DNA of 64,000 nt, from positions 58,795-122,794 of IMG/VR virus record IMGVR_UViG_3300042311_000577, one strand, 5' to 3'. Below, piece by piece: positions 1-10,147 of this stretch (its first letter is position 1; every line of letters begins with the position of its first letter). A model generated the notes under the pieces. The model ran no database searches and had not been told where the DNA came from. It worked only from the letters and a program-made list of their open reading frames with translations. This stretch comes from a virus. The translations under genes and the position numbers were made by a program.

Positions 1-3000
1 ATTGCGCTTGAACAGTCATTGTTGAAGGATCCATTTTATTTCTCATATATGTAAGACTAAAATTAGGAAATAATGGATCTTTATATTCTACACCTTTATC
101 ACCAGCAGCTTCAATTCTAATTTGTTCTACGGTTTTAAATGAGTTTTTATATAACTCAACATTCAATAAATTTTTAGCATCCGTAATTAAAGTAATACCA
201 TTCTTTAATACATTATTATAATCATCCTTGTCTTTCCAAATTTTATTATCATCACTTGTAGGTTCCCATTTTTTTAAATATTCTGCTGGTAATTTAAATG
301 TAACAGATGCTTTATCAGATCTACCACCACCAACTGATCCAACAGCTGTAATGAAAGATTTTAAATTCTCATCTATTTTACCTCCAGCTTTCATCATTAA
401 ATCAGAATATATTGCTGCAAATGCTCTGTTATTTTCCTCTGCACCATCCTTAAGATCTGACCAAGGAGTATTTACACCTGAAAATGATACCCTATTGTTT
501 TCAGTATCTTTAAATGATAAATTATTTAAAGCACCTTTTACTTGTAAAAAATGTTCATATGATGGTGAATATACACCAGGTTCAATTTGAACAGCAGCCG
601 CACCTTTATTCATTAAACCACCACCAGCTCCTCCAAATGCGCCTGTAACAGGAGTTTGTAAACTTTCAATAAGTTTAACTTTAGAATCTTTCATTGCATT
701 AAACTCATCTCCAAGATCCATTTCTTCACCAAATATACCTGTTTGAGCATTAACAAGACGCATAGTTTCAACAGGATTACTACTAAACATATTATAAATA
801 CCTTCTATTCCTGAAGCTGCTAAGTATGTTCCTCCAGCTAATAATGCACCTACACCACCTGTAAATGCAGCACCTGGTCCTGTAGGAGCACCTACGGCTG
901 CTCCTGTTCCAAAACCTAATAATGTTTCACTTGCTAATTGTGTAAAACTAAAACCATCATCACGTATTAAGGCATCAGGATTTTTTCTTGCAATATTTTT
1001 ATAAAATTGATCAGCATCTTGAATTGGATTATAATTATGATCATACATATATTCTGCATAGTTATAACCTTGTGCTTTTAATTTCTGAATAGTTTCTTCA
1101 GCAGCTTGTTTTTTATTTGCAATTATAGCGGCTTGTGCACCAGCATAATCATCTAAAGTTTTACTATAATTTCTTAATTGTTCAAAGCTTTTGCTATAAT
1201 ATACATAAGGATTATCTCTTCTTTTTTCCATAACTAACATCATTCTTTTTGTCATGTCAGTAATTTTAGAAGGATCTGTTTTTCCAGGTTCTATTGTACT
1301 GCTATAACCAGAAAGTTTTTCTTCTGCTGTAGGTATATTAAAAGTAGCTCTATATGGTTTTTTAGTAATAGGGTCTGTAAAAACTGTTTTAGATTGAATT
1401 TTATTTTGTCCATCTTTTGCAGTCTTTGAATAAGTACCTTCATTCCAATAAGCTTTATCTTCTTTTTCAAGAGAAGTTTCATATTGACCTTGATTTAATA
1501 AAGCTCCGATTTCTTGATCATTTAATGGTGTACCATCACTATGTTCTAGTGCATTATTAGTACCTTTTCCAAGTTGTGTTCTAGGATTACCTTTTATAAA
1601 TTTAATAAGTTCTGCTTTATTAGTTTTAAAGATATCAGCATTACCTACATTAGGAATTGTACCAGAATTAATAATATAATTTATATCATCATCACTTATA
1701 GTTTTTTCATTATAGAGATCTCTTAAAAGGTTAACAGCAAGATTTTTAGCATTAGAACCTTCTTGAGCATACATATCATCAATACTTTTTCTTACAACTT
1801 CAGGATCTATTTTTACTCTATCCTTTTCTTCCATATTTGTAAAACCATCTAAGTCACCTAAATTAAAAACTTCAGTAAGTTCTTTTTTCTCTACTAAGTT
1901 TCCTTTACCATCAGTTGTATATAATCCGGATTTTAATGCAGCTTGATACTGAATTTTTTCCATTGCTAACTGATGCTTGTATCCTGCTAATTCCATTTGA
2001 CCAGCATGTCTTTGTGAAATCAAGGCAGAATCATACTGATACTTTTGTCTTTGTACAGCAAATGGATTTGGATCATAACTTAATTCATAGTTATTAAATG
2101 CATGGGATCTAATAGCAGCATCTAAATCAGTCTGTAATAATGATGAAGCCATAACAGCATCAACTCTACCTCTCATTTGATTTAAATCATCAAATGATAG
2201 TTTATCTCCACCTTCAGTTAATAATGTCTTATTTACATTATCAGTTATAAGTTTCTCATCACTTTCAGTTTGACTTAGCATCTCACCAATTTTTTCATTG
2301 GCATCTTTATATTTTTCTAATGCACTTTCAGCTGTATAATGAGCAGTACCATTTTTAATAGATTGCTCAATTGAAGATATCATATTATCATTAACTTTCT
2401 TTTGATTTATTAAATCACTTTTAGTTAACTCAGTTTGTTTTTTTAATACATTCAAAGCTTCATTAAGATATGCTTTTTCAGCAAGATCAGCATTACCACC
2501 AAACTCTGGCCTATCTTTATTAGCCATTGCTTCATCTTTTCTTTTTAGATATGCTTTTGCTGCATATACTTCTTGTATCTTAGGATCTTTACCTAGGATA
2601 GAATAAAACAAACTCTGTAGAGGGGGAATGATTTGCTCCCCGTTTTGTTCAGTTATAATCCAGTCTCCTTGAGGTGTAGTCTTTTTAATTTTATAGTTTA
2701 ATTGTTTTGCTAACTCTGCAGCTTTTTTATCCATATTAACATATGGTGTATACTTTACATCACCAAAACTTGTTAATTGCTCATATGGAGTATTCTTAAA
2801 TTCTTGAATTTTATAATCAATTAATCTTAATCCATCTCCCCAATATTCATCATTTGTTTTTTCATCAGTTGAATATCTTTTACCCTCACCTATAGCTTTT
2901 TCATTTGAAGTATTTTTTGTCCATGCCATATCTTTCATAAGATTAGCATCTTCATAAAAAGGTCTAAAAAGCTGAGTTGCTTGTTGAACATTTTGATCTA

Positions 3001-3253
3001 ATGAGAGATCCAAACCTGTAACTCTTTTTAAATTAAAATCAATTTTCTTAAATGTATTGTCTCTTTTTTTTACACTTTCATCATGTGTCAATGGAGCATT
3101 TAAAATCTGACCATACATGTTATTAAGCTTACTCCAATTTTGATCATACTGACTTTGTTTTAATTGTAAAACATTTGTAGTAAAATTAAAATCAGGTTGG
3201 TAAGGTTGATAATCCGGTATAAAATCTGTTACTCCTAGTGGATACTGTGCCAT
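1..3253 (-). CDS. Large probable virion cargo/ejection protein (3' end runs off the window)
   Basis: Not in the ORF track because no stop lies within the window. ATG at 3253 gives MAQYPLGVTDFIPDYQPYQPDFNF...; the same frame is open where checked (~800-960) and encodes a Gly/Ala-rich hydrophobic segment (LLGFGTGAAVGAPTGPGAAFTGGVGALLAGG). It lies downstream of the other large cargo-like genes. Confidence 0.75.
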   Translation of the reverse strand, partial: MAQYPLGVTDFIPDYQPYQPDFNFTTNVLQLKQSQYDQNWSKLNNMYGQILNAPLTHDESVKKRDNTFKKIDFNLKRVTGLDLSLDQNVQQATQLFRPFYEDANLMKDMAWTKNTSNEKAIGEGKRYSTDEKTNDEYWGDGLRLIDYKIQEFKNTPYEQLTSFGDVKYTPYVNMDKKAAELAKQLNYKIKKTTPQGDWIITEQNGEQIIPPLQSLFYSILGKDPKIQEVYAAKAYLKRKDEAMANKDRPEFGGNADLAEKAYLNEALNVLKKQTELTKSDLINQKKVNDNMISSIEQSIKNGTAHYTAESALEKYKDANEKIGEMLSQTESDEKLITDNVNKTLLTEGGDKLSFDDLNQMRGRVDAVMASSLLQTDLDAAIRSHAFNNYELSYDPNPFAVQRQKYQYDSALISQRHAGQMELAGYKHQLAMEKIQYQAALKSGLYTTDGKGNLVEKKELTEVFNLGDLDGFTNMEEKDRVKIDPEVVRKSIDDMYAQEGSNAKNLAVNLLRDLYNEKTISDDDINYIINSGTIPNVGNADIFKTNKAELIKFIKGNPRTQLGKGTNNALEHSDGTPLNDQEIGALLNQGQYETSLEKEDKAYWNEGTYSKTAKDGQNKIQSKTVFTDPITKKPYRATFNIPTAEEKLSGYSSTIEPGKTDPSKITDMTKRMMLVMEKRRDNPYVYYSKSFEQLRNYSKTLDDYAGAQAAIIANKKQAAEETIQKLKAQGYNYAEYMYDHNYNPIQDADQFYKNIARKNPDALIRDDGFSFTQLASETLLGFGTGAAVGAPTGPGAAFTGGVGALLAGGTYLAASGIEGIYNMFSSNPVETMRLVNAQTGIFGEEMDLGDEFNAMKDSKVKLIESLQTPVTGAFGGAGGGLMNKGAAAVQIEPGVYSPSYEHFLQVKGALNNLSFKDTENNRVSFSGVNTPWSDLKDGAEENNRAFAAIYSDLMMKAGGKIDENLKSFITAVGSVGGGRSDKASVTFKLPAEYLKKWEPTSDDNKIWKDKDDYNNVLKNGITLITDAKNLLNVELYKNSFKTVEQIRIEAAGDKGVEYKDPLFPNFSLTYMRNKMDPSTMTVQAQ

Positions 3254-3308
3254 AATTTTTTAATTATAAAACTATTAAAATTTTTTAAGTTTACTAAACA
3301 TAGAAAGT

Positions 3309-5753
3309 TTACATGATAAAAGGATTCCATGAATCTACATAAACATAACCTCCATTTGCATAAAGCTGGCCTCCAAACTTACCTTTTAATTCTTTAAGTG
3401 CTAAGTAATTTGCCTTCTCATAAGTCATACCATTTCTCATATGTTCTCTAACTATATCTTCTTTGGTAGGACCAGTTGCTCCAGTCAATGGTTTTTCAAC
3501 TCCAGTATGATACATCATTCCATAATCATATTCTGTATTAAACTGTGGAGTAACTTGATTTCTATTATACACGTTAGCCATTTGATCATTAGCCTCCATT
3601 ACAGCTCTTGTTGTATTAAAGTTTCTTTTAGTTTTAAGAGCACTACTTAAATTTTGGTCTCTAGCTTGATTTGCTAATCCTTGATTCAATATGTTAGTTC
3701 TAGCTTCATTTACAGCCATATCCATTTGTCCCTTTCTTGCATTGACTGAATTTTGAGTATTTACATTTCTTGCTTGTACATCAGCTACTGCACCTACTCC
3801 AGCATTTAATGCTTTATCTAGTAAGTCACCCATTTGTTTTTGTTTATCAGCTGTAGAACCTGCTTGTGAATACATGATTGCATTTTTCATATTATTAGCT
3901 GCTGAATTTGCAGCATGTAATTTTGCATCAAATGATTCATAAGCACCAGATGTTTTTGCATCAGGAGGAAGAACAACATTTGTACGTGCTACACCTGTAT
4001 TAGCTAAAGCGTTAGTTAAAACATTAAGTTTTGCATTAACACTCCAACGTGGTTTATCAGCAACTTGTCCTTGACTTCCATCTTGACAAACACACTGCTC
4101 TTCATTTTCAATAGGAAATTCTTTTACTTCTCCTGTTACAGGATCAGTACATCTACAAATAAGAGATTCTGTTTCTCCACCACATGATGGATCATCAGTT
4201 ATACAGTTTCCATTTTCATCTTTTTTTGCAACTTTTGGTGTACCATCTTCATTGTTTATTGTATTTCCATTTTTATCTTTACAATAACATGGTTCATCAT
4301 TAGGTTCATTAACTATATGTTCAGCAATTTGTGATTTACCTTTTACACCTTCAATACAATCTTTATATATACCACCAGCAGCAGGATCACTAATTATTGT
4401 GTTTATTGCTTTTTGTTTTGCTTCTTCCCATTTTGGATTTGGATTACCGCTAGCATCAGTTGGTCTTTGACCATCTAAATGACCTGGGAAAACTCTTACT
4501 AACATATCATCAATATCTAATGATGCTTGTATTTTTTTACAAACACCATTTGCAATAGCTACAGGATCACCTCCTCCACCGCCACCACCATGCCAAGTAA
4601 CTGCTTGACCTTTAACAATTTTGTATTGACCTTTTGTTCCTATTGAAGATGTAGAAGGAATCCAATCTGAACCAGAAGAAAGTGAACTAACTTGTTTTGA
4701 ACCAATGTTATTTACAGTAACTTGACTATCTCCGGGACCACCAAACTTAGGCATACCACCGTAAGCCATTTGTTCAGGATGATAAGGAAAATCATATCCA
4801 CCCATTTGCATTCCATAAGCCGCATATGGTATTCCTCCATAAGCCATCATACCAGGTTGTTGCATCATTTCTGGAGGAGGTATACTACCTTGCATTTGAG
4901 CCATTGATTCTGGTGAAGCTACTGGAGCTCCACTAGGCATTTGTTGTGGTGCAGCCGGAGCTTGTTGTGCTCCTTGATTCATCATTGCTTGATCTGCTTC
5001 CATAGCTTGCATAGGATTAGTTTGTTGCATTTCTTCTGCTAACATTGGATTTTGTTCTTGCGGCATTTCAGGATTAACACCTTGATTCATTGATTGGGCT
5101 AATTGATCAGCTTGTTCTTTTAACTCAGGCATTAAATCTTGTTCAGAAATTCCATTAACTTCCATATAAGGTTTAGACATAGCAGGAATACCTTGAGGAA
5201 AACCTTTCATTGATTCTTGAACTAAAGCTAAAGCACCTAACTTCATGATAAAGTTTTTGATCATTATAGTAGCAGTATCTCTTTCTAGTTTACCACTATC
5301 AGGATCTAATAATATAGACTTATATTTATTTATGTTATAAGGCTTTGCAAGTTCTGCTGGAGTATAACCACCTTTCTTAGGTGTTTTATTAAACATAGCA
5401 AGAACATTTGCATCATTTATTTTTAATGAAGCTGTGTCACTAAAGATAAAAGTATCATCAGGAAGATTTAAAGGAACACCTCCTTCATGATGTCTTTTAC
5501 CAATAATCTTTAAATGATCAGGAATTGATTGACCACTTATAGGACCAAATGCAGTTTCCCCACCTTCAGCTTCTAGATTTGCTTTATCTCTTGGTACAGC
5601 ACTTAGTGTATCTTTAACTCCTTCATAAGATCTACCATCTAATTTTCTATAATCAGCTCCACCGAAGGCACCTGGTTTTAAAGACAATGAACCATCAACC
5701 TGCTTTCCGTAAGCAGCCTTATCTAAAGGTAATTTTGTTATTTGAACTCTCAT
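3309..5753 (-). CDS. Probable virion cargo/ejection protein, 814 aa
   Basis: Long ORF with EAEGGE and GKRHHEGG motifs near the N-terminus, a Gln/Met/Pro low-complexity linker and many xxxGG motifs; located after the tail genes. Confidence 0.65.
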   Translation of the reverse strand: MRVQITKLPLDKAAYGKQVDGSLSLKPGAFGGADYRKLDGRSYEGVKDTLSAVPRDKANLEAEGGETAFGPISGQSIPDHLKIIGKRHHEGGVPLNLPDDTFIFSDTASLKINDANVLAMFNKTPKKGGYTPAELAKPYNINKYKSILLDPDSGKLERDTATIMIKNFIMKLGALALVQESMKGFPQGIPAMSKPYMEVNGISEQDLMPELKEQADQLAQSMNQGVNPEMPQEQNPMLAEEMQQTNPMQAMEADQAMMNQGAQQAPAAPQQMPSGAPVASPESMAQMQGSIPPPEMMQQPGMMAYGGIPYAAYGMQMGGYDFPYHPEQMAYGGMPKFGGPGDSQVTVNNIGSKQVSSLSSGSDWIPSTSSIGTKGQYKIVKGQAVTWHGGGGGGGDPVAIANGVCKKIQASLDIDDMLVRVFPGHLDGQRPTDASGNPNPKWEEAKQKAINTIISDPAAGGIYKDCIEGVKGKSQIAEHIVNEPNDEPCYCKDKNGNTINNEDGTPKVAKKDENGNCITDDPSCGGETESLICRCTDPVTGEVKEFPIENEEQCVCQDGSQGQVADKPRWSVNAKLNVLTNALANTGVARTNVVLPPDAKTSGAYESFDAKLHAANSAANNMKNAIMYSQAGSTADKQKQMGDLLDKALNAGVGAVADVQARNVNTQNSVNARKGQMDMAVNEARTNILNQGLANQARDQNLSSALKTKRNFNTTRAVMEANDQMANVYNRNQVTPQFNTEYDYGMMYHTGVEKPLTGATGPTKEDIVREHMRNGMTYEKANYLALKELKGKFGGQLYANGGYVYVDSWNPFIM

Positions 5754-5757
5754 GTGT

Positions 5758-8700
5758 TTATATAAATTTTATTTGACCACCAGCAGCAAGTATTTTTCCT
5801 ATCTCTTCTTGAGTAAGATCATATACTCCACCTTTCCTATATTGAGATTGCCCACCTCTTCTAAAAAATGCTGACTCACCTACATTACCAATAAAAGCAG
5901 TTGAACCTTCACCAGCTCCTTTTGAACCTTCTTTACCTTGTTCTTCATACCCACCACCTACATCTGTTTGTGTAGGATTTACTCTATTATCAGAAGTAGT
6001 TAAATCACCCATCCAATTTTGAGCATATTGATTTTTTCTTCTATTTCCTCCACCAATTAAAAGTCCTGATCCTAATTGTTTAAGATTACCAATTGCTTTT
6101 GGTCTAAGTGTTCTTGCAGTTTCAATTTCATACTTTGTAGTAAAATCTTGTGGTGTTCCTTGAACTTGTTTAGTATAATTTTCATTATAACATATATCAC
6201 CCGGTCTTGCATTTAGCACTTGTTCTTCTGTACACGGACCAGCACCAATATTTGTAACACCACCTGCATTAGGATCAAAAGGTCCTGACCCACTAAATTG
6301 CCCACCTGGATCAAATGAAGGCATATAACCTCCATAAGCCATATAGGCTGGTACATAACCACCTTCTTTTTGTACAAGATTACTATAGCCTTTTTGTTTT
6401 GCCCAGTTATCAAATGACCCATATTGTTTTTTGTTAGGTTCATTTTCCCACATTTTATATACATTACCTGCAGCTACAAGTTCTCTATTTCCAAGATCCT
6501 TTGTATTTTGTACTCTACCTGCAATTTCTTGTACACCTGCACCACTCATACCAAAACCATTACTGTTTCTTTGTTGCTGTAATTGTTGTTGTCTTTGAGC
6601 TTCAGCCATTCTTTGTTGTTCTGCAATTTTAGCTTGTTGAATATCATAAGCTTTTTTGTCAGCTACTTGTTTATCTCTATAAGAACCTTCTGACATACCA
6701 TCCATAGTACCCATCAAATTCATATCATCATTGGTAGCTGCACCTTCCCAAGGATCAGAATATTCTTGAAAATTTCTTGCCATTTCTGGTTGCTGAGTAG
6801 GAATCTCTTGCATACCTCTTGCAGGTAAACTACCAGGATTTTCATACAAACCTTCTGTAAATCTTTTTAAGTCAGTTTGATTAGGATAAATACTATTATT
6901 ACCTGTAGCCTGATTGAATTCATTTCCAACATTTTGATTCATTGCAGCATCAGGTGATGCCCCTGGTCTAGGTGCAATTTGACCTTGCTCTATTAAGTTT
7001 GTATTTTCTTTTGCAATTGCTTGTGGAGATCTATACCCTGGCATACCAGGAATACCTGCTAATAAATTTTCAGCTTCAGCAAATGTCATTTTATTTTGTG
7101 ACGGATTTGCATTTGATAAATCAGCAGTATTAGAAAAAGATTGCTGATTCTGCCAAAACTGAGAAGGTTGTAAATTAGTTTCTGAATTAGATGTTCCAGT
7201 TGCTGGATTAGCATTAACAGCACCTTTATTTCCTGTTGTACCTTGTAAAGCATTATTACCAGCACCTACTGTTATTGGTCTTGTAGGAGCTGGAGTTTGA
7301 TCTTCAATTGCATTCATTGCATCAGTCTGATCTCTCCAACTCATGTTCTCCCATGTTTCTTGATCAAATCCGTATCTTTCTGCTTGTGTTTTTCTTGGTT
7401 GTTCTGGTGCTGTAGAACTAGTTGCACTTGCATCAGATGCGGTTGTTGCGGTATTAGTAGCTCCTTTATTTTCATCACCTGGTAATACCATTGGTGCATG
7501 CCAATTACTTGTATTAGTATTAGTATTTGCTGTATTTGTATTTGCAGTATTAGTAGTTGTTGTTGCATTAGCATTTGGTTGCGTTGTTACAGTTGCATTA
7601 GGATTGTTAGGATCAAACCAACTATTTTTAACTGTTAATGTTTTTTTACCAGACCACCATGGACCTTTTTCATATTTCCATTCACTAGGCATATAACCTG
7701 GTGCAGGACCAGACGCTGTTGAACCTTGTCTTGGTTGTGGTTGACCTGATTGTCCTGGGATATATCCTCCAGGAACTTTAACTATATTTCCTTTAGCATC
7801 TCTAGGAAAATCAATTTGTCTTGCCCATCTAAAATCTTTTTTTATTGGGTTAAACATATCTAATAACTGTTGTCCAACAGATGGAGCAGTTGGATATGCA
7901 TATGATCCTCCACCTTGTGTAGTATTTTGTGTTTGAGTAGTAGTTTTATTTTGGTTATTTATTTCATTTTGTTTTTTAAGCCAGTCAGCTTCCCAAGTTT
8001 TCTTTTCTGTTTCAAGTCTTTTTTTATACTCATCTTCTGTAAGATCTTTCCAAGTAGTTGCTCCAGGATTAGTATTTGCTGTATTTACTTGACTATCATT
8101 AGGACCAGCAAATCTATATAAACCACCATTCCTAAAATAAGGATCCATTACATTTTTAGAGTCATCAGCATATGCATTGTCATATGCAACAATTGGAGAT
8201 ATCGGCATTTCATTACCTCCATAGACAAACTTCTGAAGATTACCATAAGGATCCATCTGAGGATTAGCCACAGGTCCCCCAAATTCTTTACCTGAAATAA
8301 ATCTTTGTTTAGCTTTATTCCAACTATCTAATGAGTATCCTAGTTTTAAATATTCTTCTTCAATACCAGGAGCATCCATCATAGCTGGATTATTTTTTAT
8401 AAGTTCATATAATACTTCTTCATCCGGATCAGGAAATCTAGATTTAAACTCAGAATTATAAACATTAGGATCAGTATTATCAGGAGAAGCAGCATTAGGA
8501 TCTAAAGCATCAACTTGTGCATCTTGAGGTGTCCATAGACCTGTTAAATAATCTACTTGTTCTTCAGGAAATTCTCTAATTACTCCAGCATTTGGATCCG
8601 CAGTTGCATTAAATTCTCCAGGGTTAATTACAGAACCTTTCATCCATGGATACTGAGAAGTTTCAGCTTTTCTTCTTGCAGCTTCATCTGGTGAGATAGC

Positions 8701-10089
8701 TTCTACTTCATTACCTTGTGCATCATAAACCATTTCTGTTCCAGCAGGAGCAGGATTTAATTCCATATAACCAGGATATGATTTAGTACTATTAGCATTA
8801 TTATTAAGAGTAACATTATTATTTTTTGCAGGATCTGCTGCATTATTTATTACTCTAGATTTAGTTCTTATGATTTCACCAGGATAACTTCTTGATGTAC
8901 TCCAAGATGAACTATAACCACCCGGATAACTTCCCGGCATATAACCATAAGAAGGACTTCCAAACATACTCATAGGAACTCCTTTAGCAGTCCATTCTCT
9001 TTTTCCTGTCCACCATGGTCCTTTTTTATATGTTAAATCAATCAAAGGTCCTGTTTGACCTTGTGTTGTTTGACCTGTACCTTGACCAGATGCTTGAGGA
9101 TTTTGTATAATATTTGGACTAATAACTTGTAAATAGTTAGGCATTCCTGGGACACCGAAATAACCAGCAGCTACATCTCCAAACATATTTTGGAAATCTT
9201 TTTGAGCTCTTTTCATTTCTCTACCTCTTCTTGCTTCTGGTATATTTTCAAAACCAGCACCGTGTATTTGATTCATAGGTTGTTTAAATATATTTGATAC
9301 TGTATCAGAATAAGCTTTAAGATGATGTTCACCCGCTTCAGGGTCTCCCGTTTGTACTTGCATACCATCTTGACCCATAGGTATTCCAGATTGTTGCTTT
9401 AAATTATTCATTGTGGTAAATAATTTTTTAGCAATACCCTCATTTCCTAAATCTTTTACACCTCTTCTAAATGCATTAACAAATGCTTGTCTACCATCTA
9501 TTGTGCTATCTAGAGTAGAGGATTGATTTGATTGATCTTGTTCAAGGCCTTCACTAGCTTTTCTTAAACCTTTTACAATATTTTTTACAAATTTTCTTTT
9601 ATTCACAGTTCCTCCTTTTTTTTCTTTATCTAACTCTTCATCCTCTGCAGTTACTTCCTCTTCAGTATCTTCAGCTTCTGTATCTTCATCTTCTTCTTCA
9701 TAATCTGCATAAGGATCATTCTCACTTACCCAAGGTTCATTTATGTTATATAAAGGTTCTCTTTTTACAGGTTCTACTTCTTGATCTTCAGTTTCTTGAT
9801 TGATTATATTTTCACCAGTGTCAAGAGTTTGATCCATGATAAAACTTCTAACTTCTTCAATCTTATCTAAAGCTTCTAATGGATCTAAGTCATATTCATT
9901 TTGTAGAGTGTCAATAATATCTGAGTTGTCTTTATTAGCACCGAGCTCATTCATTATAGTTTCCTCAATGTCATACTCATTCATTTTCATCTGCATCCCA
10001 TACCGTGCTTTTGGTAAACCAGTAAACTTGTTTAGTTTGCTAATAAACTTACCAGTACTTCCACCAGCTTTGTAAATTCTAACTTTCAT
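5758..10089 (-). CDS. Large low-complexity probable virion cargo protein, 1443 aa
   Basis: Long ORF with acidic, Thr/Asn and Gln tracts, a duplicated KGPWW(T/S)GK motif and many xxxGG motifs. Confidence 0.65.
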   Translation of the reverse strand: MKVRIYKAGGSTGKFISKLNKFTGLPKARYGMQMKMNEYDIEETIMNELGANKDNSDIIDTLQNEYDLDPLEALDKIEEVRSFIMDQTLDTGENIINQETEDQEVEPVKREPLYNINEPWVSENDPYADYEEEDEDTEAEDTEEEVTAEDEELDKEKKGGTVNKRKFVKNIVKGLRKASEGLEQDQSNQSSTLDSTIDGRQAFVNAFRRGVKDLGNEGIAKKLFTTMNNLKQQSGIPMGQDGMQVQTGDPEAGEHHLKAYSDTVSNIFKQPMNQIHGAGFENIPEARRGREMKRAQKDFQNMFGDVAAGYFGVPGMPNYLQVISPNIIQNPQASGQGTGQTTQGQTGPLIDLTYKKGPWWTGKREWTAKGVPMSMFGSPSYGYMPGSYPGGYSSSWSTSRSYPGEIIRTKSRVINNAADPAKNNNVTLNNNANSTKSYPGYMELNPAPAGTEMVYDAQGNEVEAISPDEAARRKAETSQYPWMKGSVINPGEFNATADPNAGVIREFPEEQVDYLTGLWTPQDAQVDALDPNAASPDNTDPNVYNSEFKSRFPDPDEEVLYELIKNNPAMMDAPGIEEEYLKLGYSLDSWNKAKQRFISGKEFGGPVANPQMDPYGNLQKFVYGGNEMPISPIVAYDNAYADDSKNVMDPYFRNGGLYRFAGPNDSQVNTANTNPGATTWKDLTEDEYKKRLETEKKTWEADWLKKQNEINNQNKTTTQTQNTTQGGGSYAYPTAPSVGQQLLDMFNPIKKDFRWARQIDFPRDAKGNIVKVPGGYIPGQSGQPQPRQGSTASGPAPGYMPSEWKYEKGPWWSGKKTLTVKNSWFDPNNPNATVTTQPNANATTTTNTANTNTANTNTNTSNWHAPMVLPGDENKGATNTATTASDASATSSTAPEQPRKTQAERYGFDQETWENMSWRDQTDAMNAIEDQTPAPTRPITVGAGNNALQGTTGNKGAVNANPATGTSNSETNLQPSQFWQNQQSFSNTADLSNANPSQNKMTFAEAENLLAGIPGMPGYRSPQAIAKENTNLIEQGQIAPRPGASPDAAMNQNVGNEFNQATGNNSIYPNQTDLKRFTEGLYENPGSLPARGMQEIPTQQPEMARNFQEYSDPWEGAATNDDMNLMGTMDGMSEGSYRDKQVADKKAYDIQQAKIAEQQRMAEAQRQQQLQQQRNSNGFGMSGAGVQEIAGRVQNTKDLGNRELVAAGNVYKMWENEPNKKQYGSFDNWAKQKGYSNLVQKEGGYVPAYMAYGGYMPSFDPGGQFSGSGPFDPNAGGVTNIGAGPCTEEQVLNARPGDICYNENYTKQVQGTPQDFTTKYEIETARTLRPKAIGNLKQLGSGLLIGGGNRRKNQYAQNWMGDLTTSDNRVNPTQTDVGGGYEEQGKEGSKGAGEGSTAFIGNVGESAFFRRGGQSQYRKGGVYDLTQEEIGKILAAGGQIKFI

Positions 10090-10106
10090 AATAATGCATT
10101 ATATAC

Positions 10107-10118
10107 TAATATACTAAA
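10107..10118 (-). promoter_or_regulatory. Late promoter-like motif TTT(A/T)GTATATTA (representative copy)
   Basis: The same motif occurs upstream of minus-strand genes at 24092, 27984, 39581, 49866, 54316 and 58041, with a variant at 32695. Confidence 0.65.
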
Positions 10119-10147
10119 TTTTAATTTAATTGATAAACTTACTAAGT

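Noticed and set aside
7500-7600. Thr/Asn tandem-like repeats (GTATTA/GTATTT)
   Set aside because: Explained by low-complexity coding sequence (TNTANTNT) in the 1443-aa protein.
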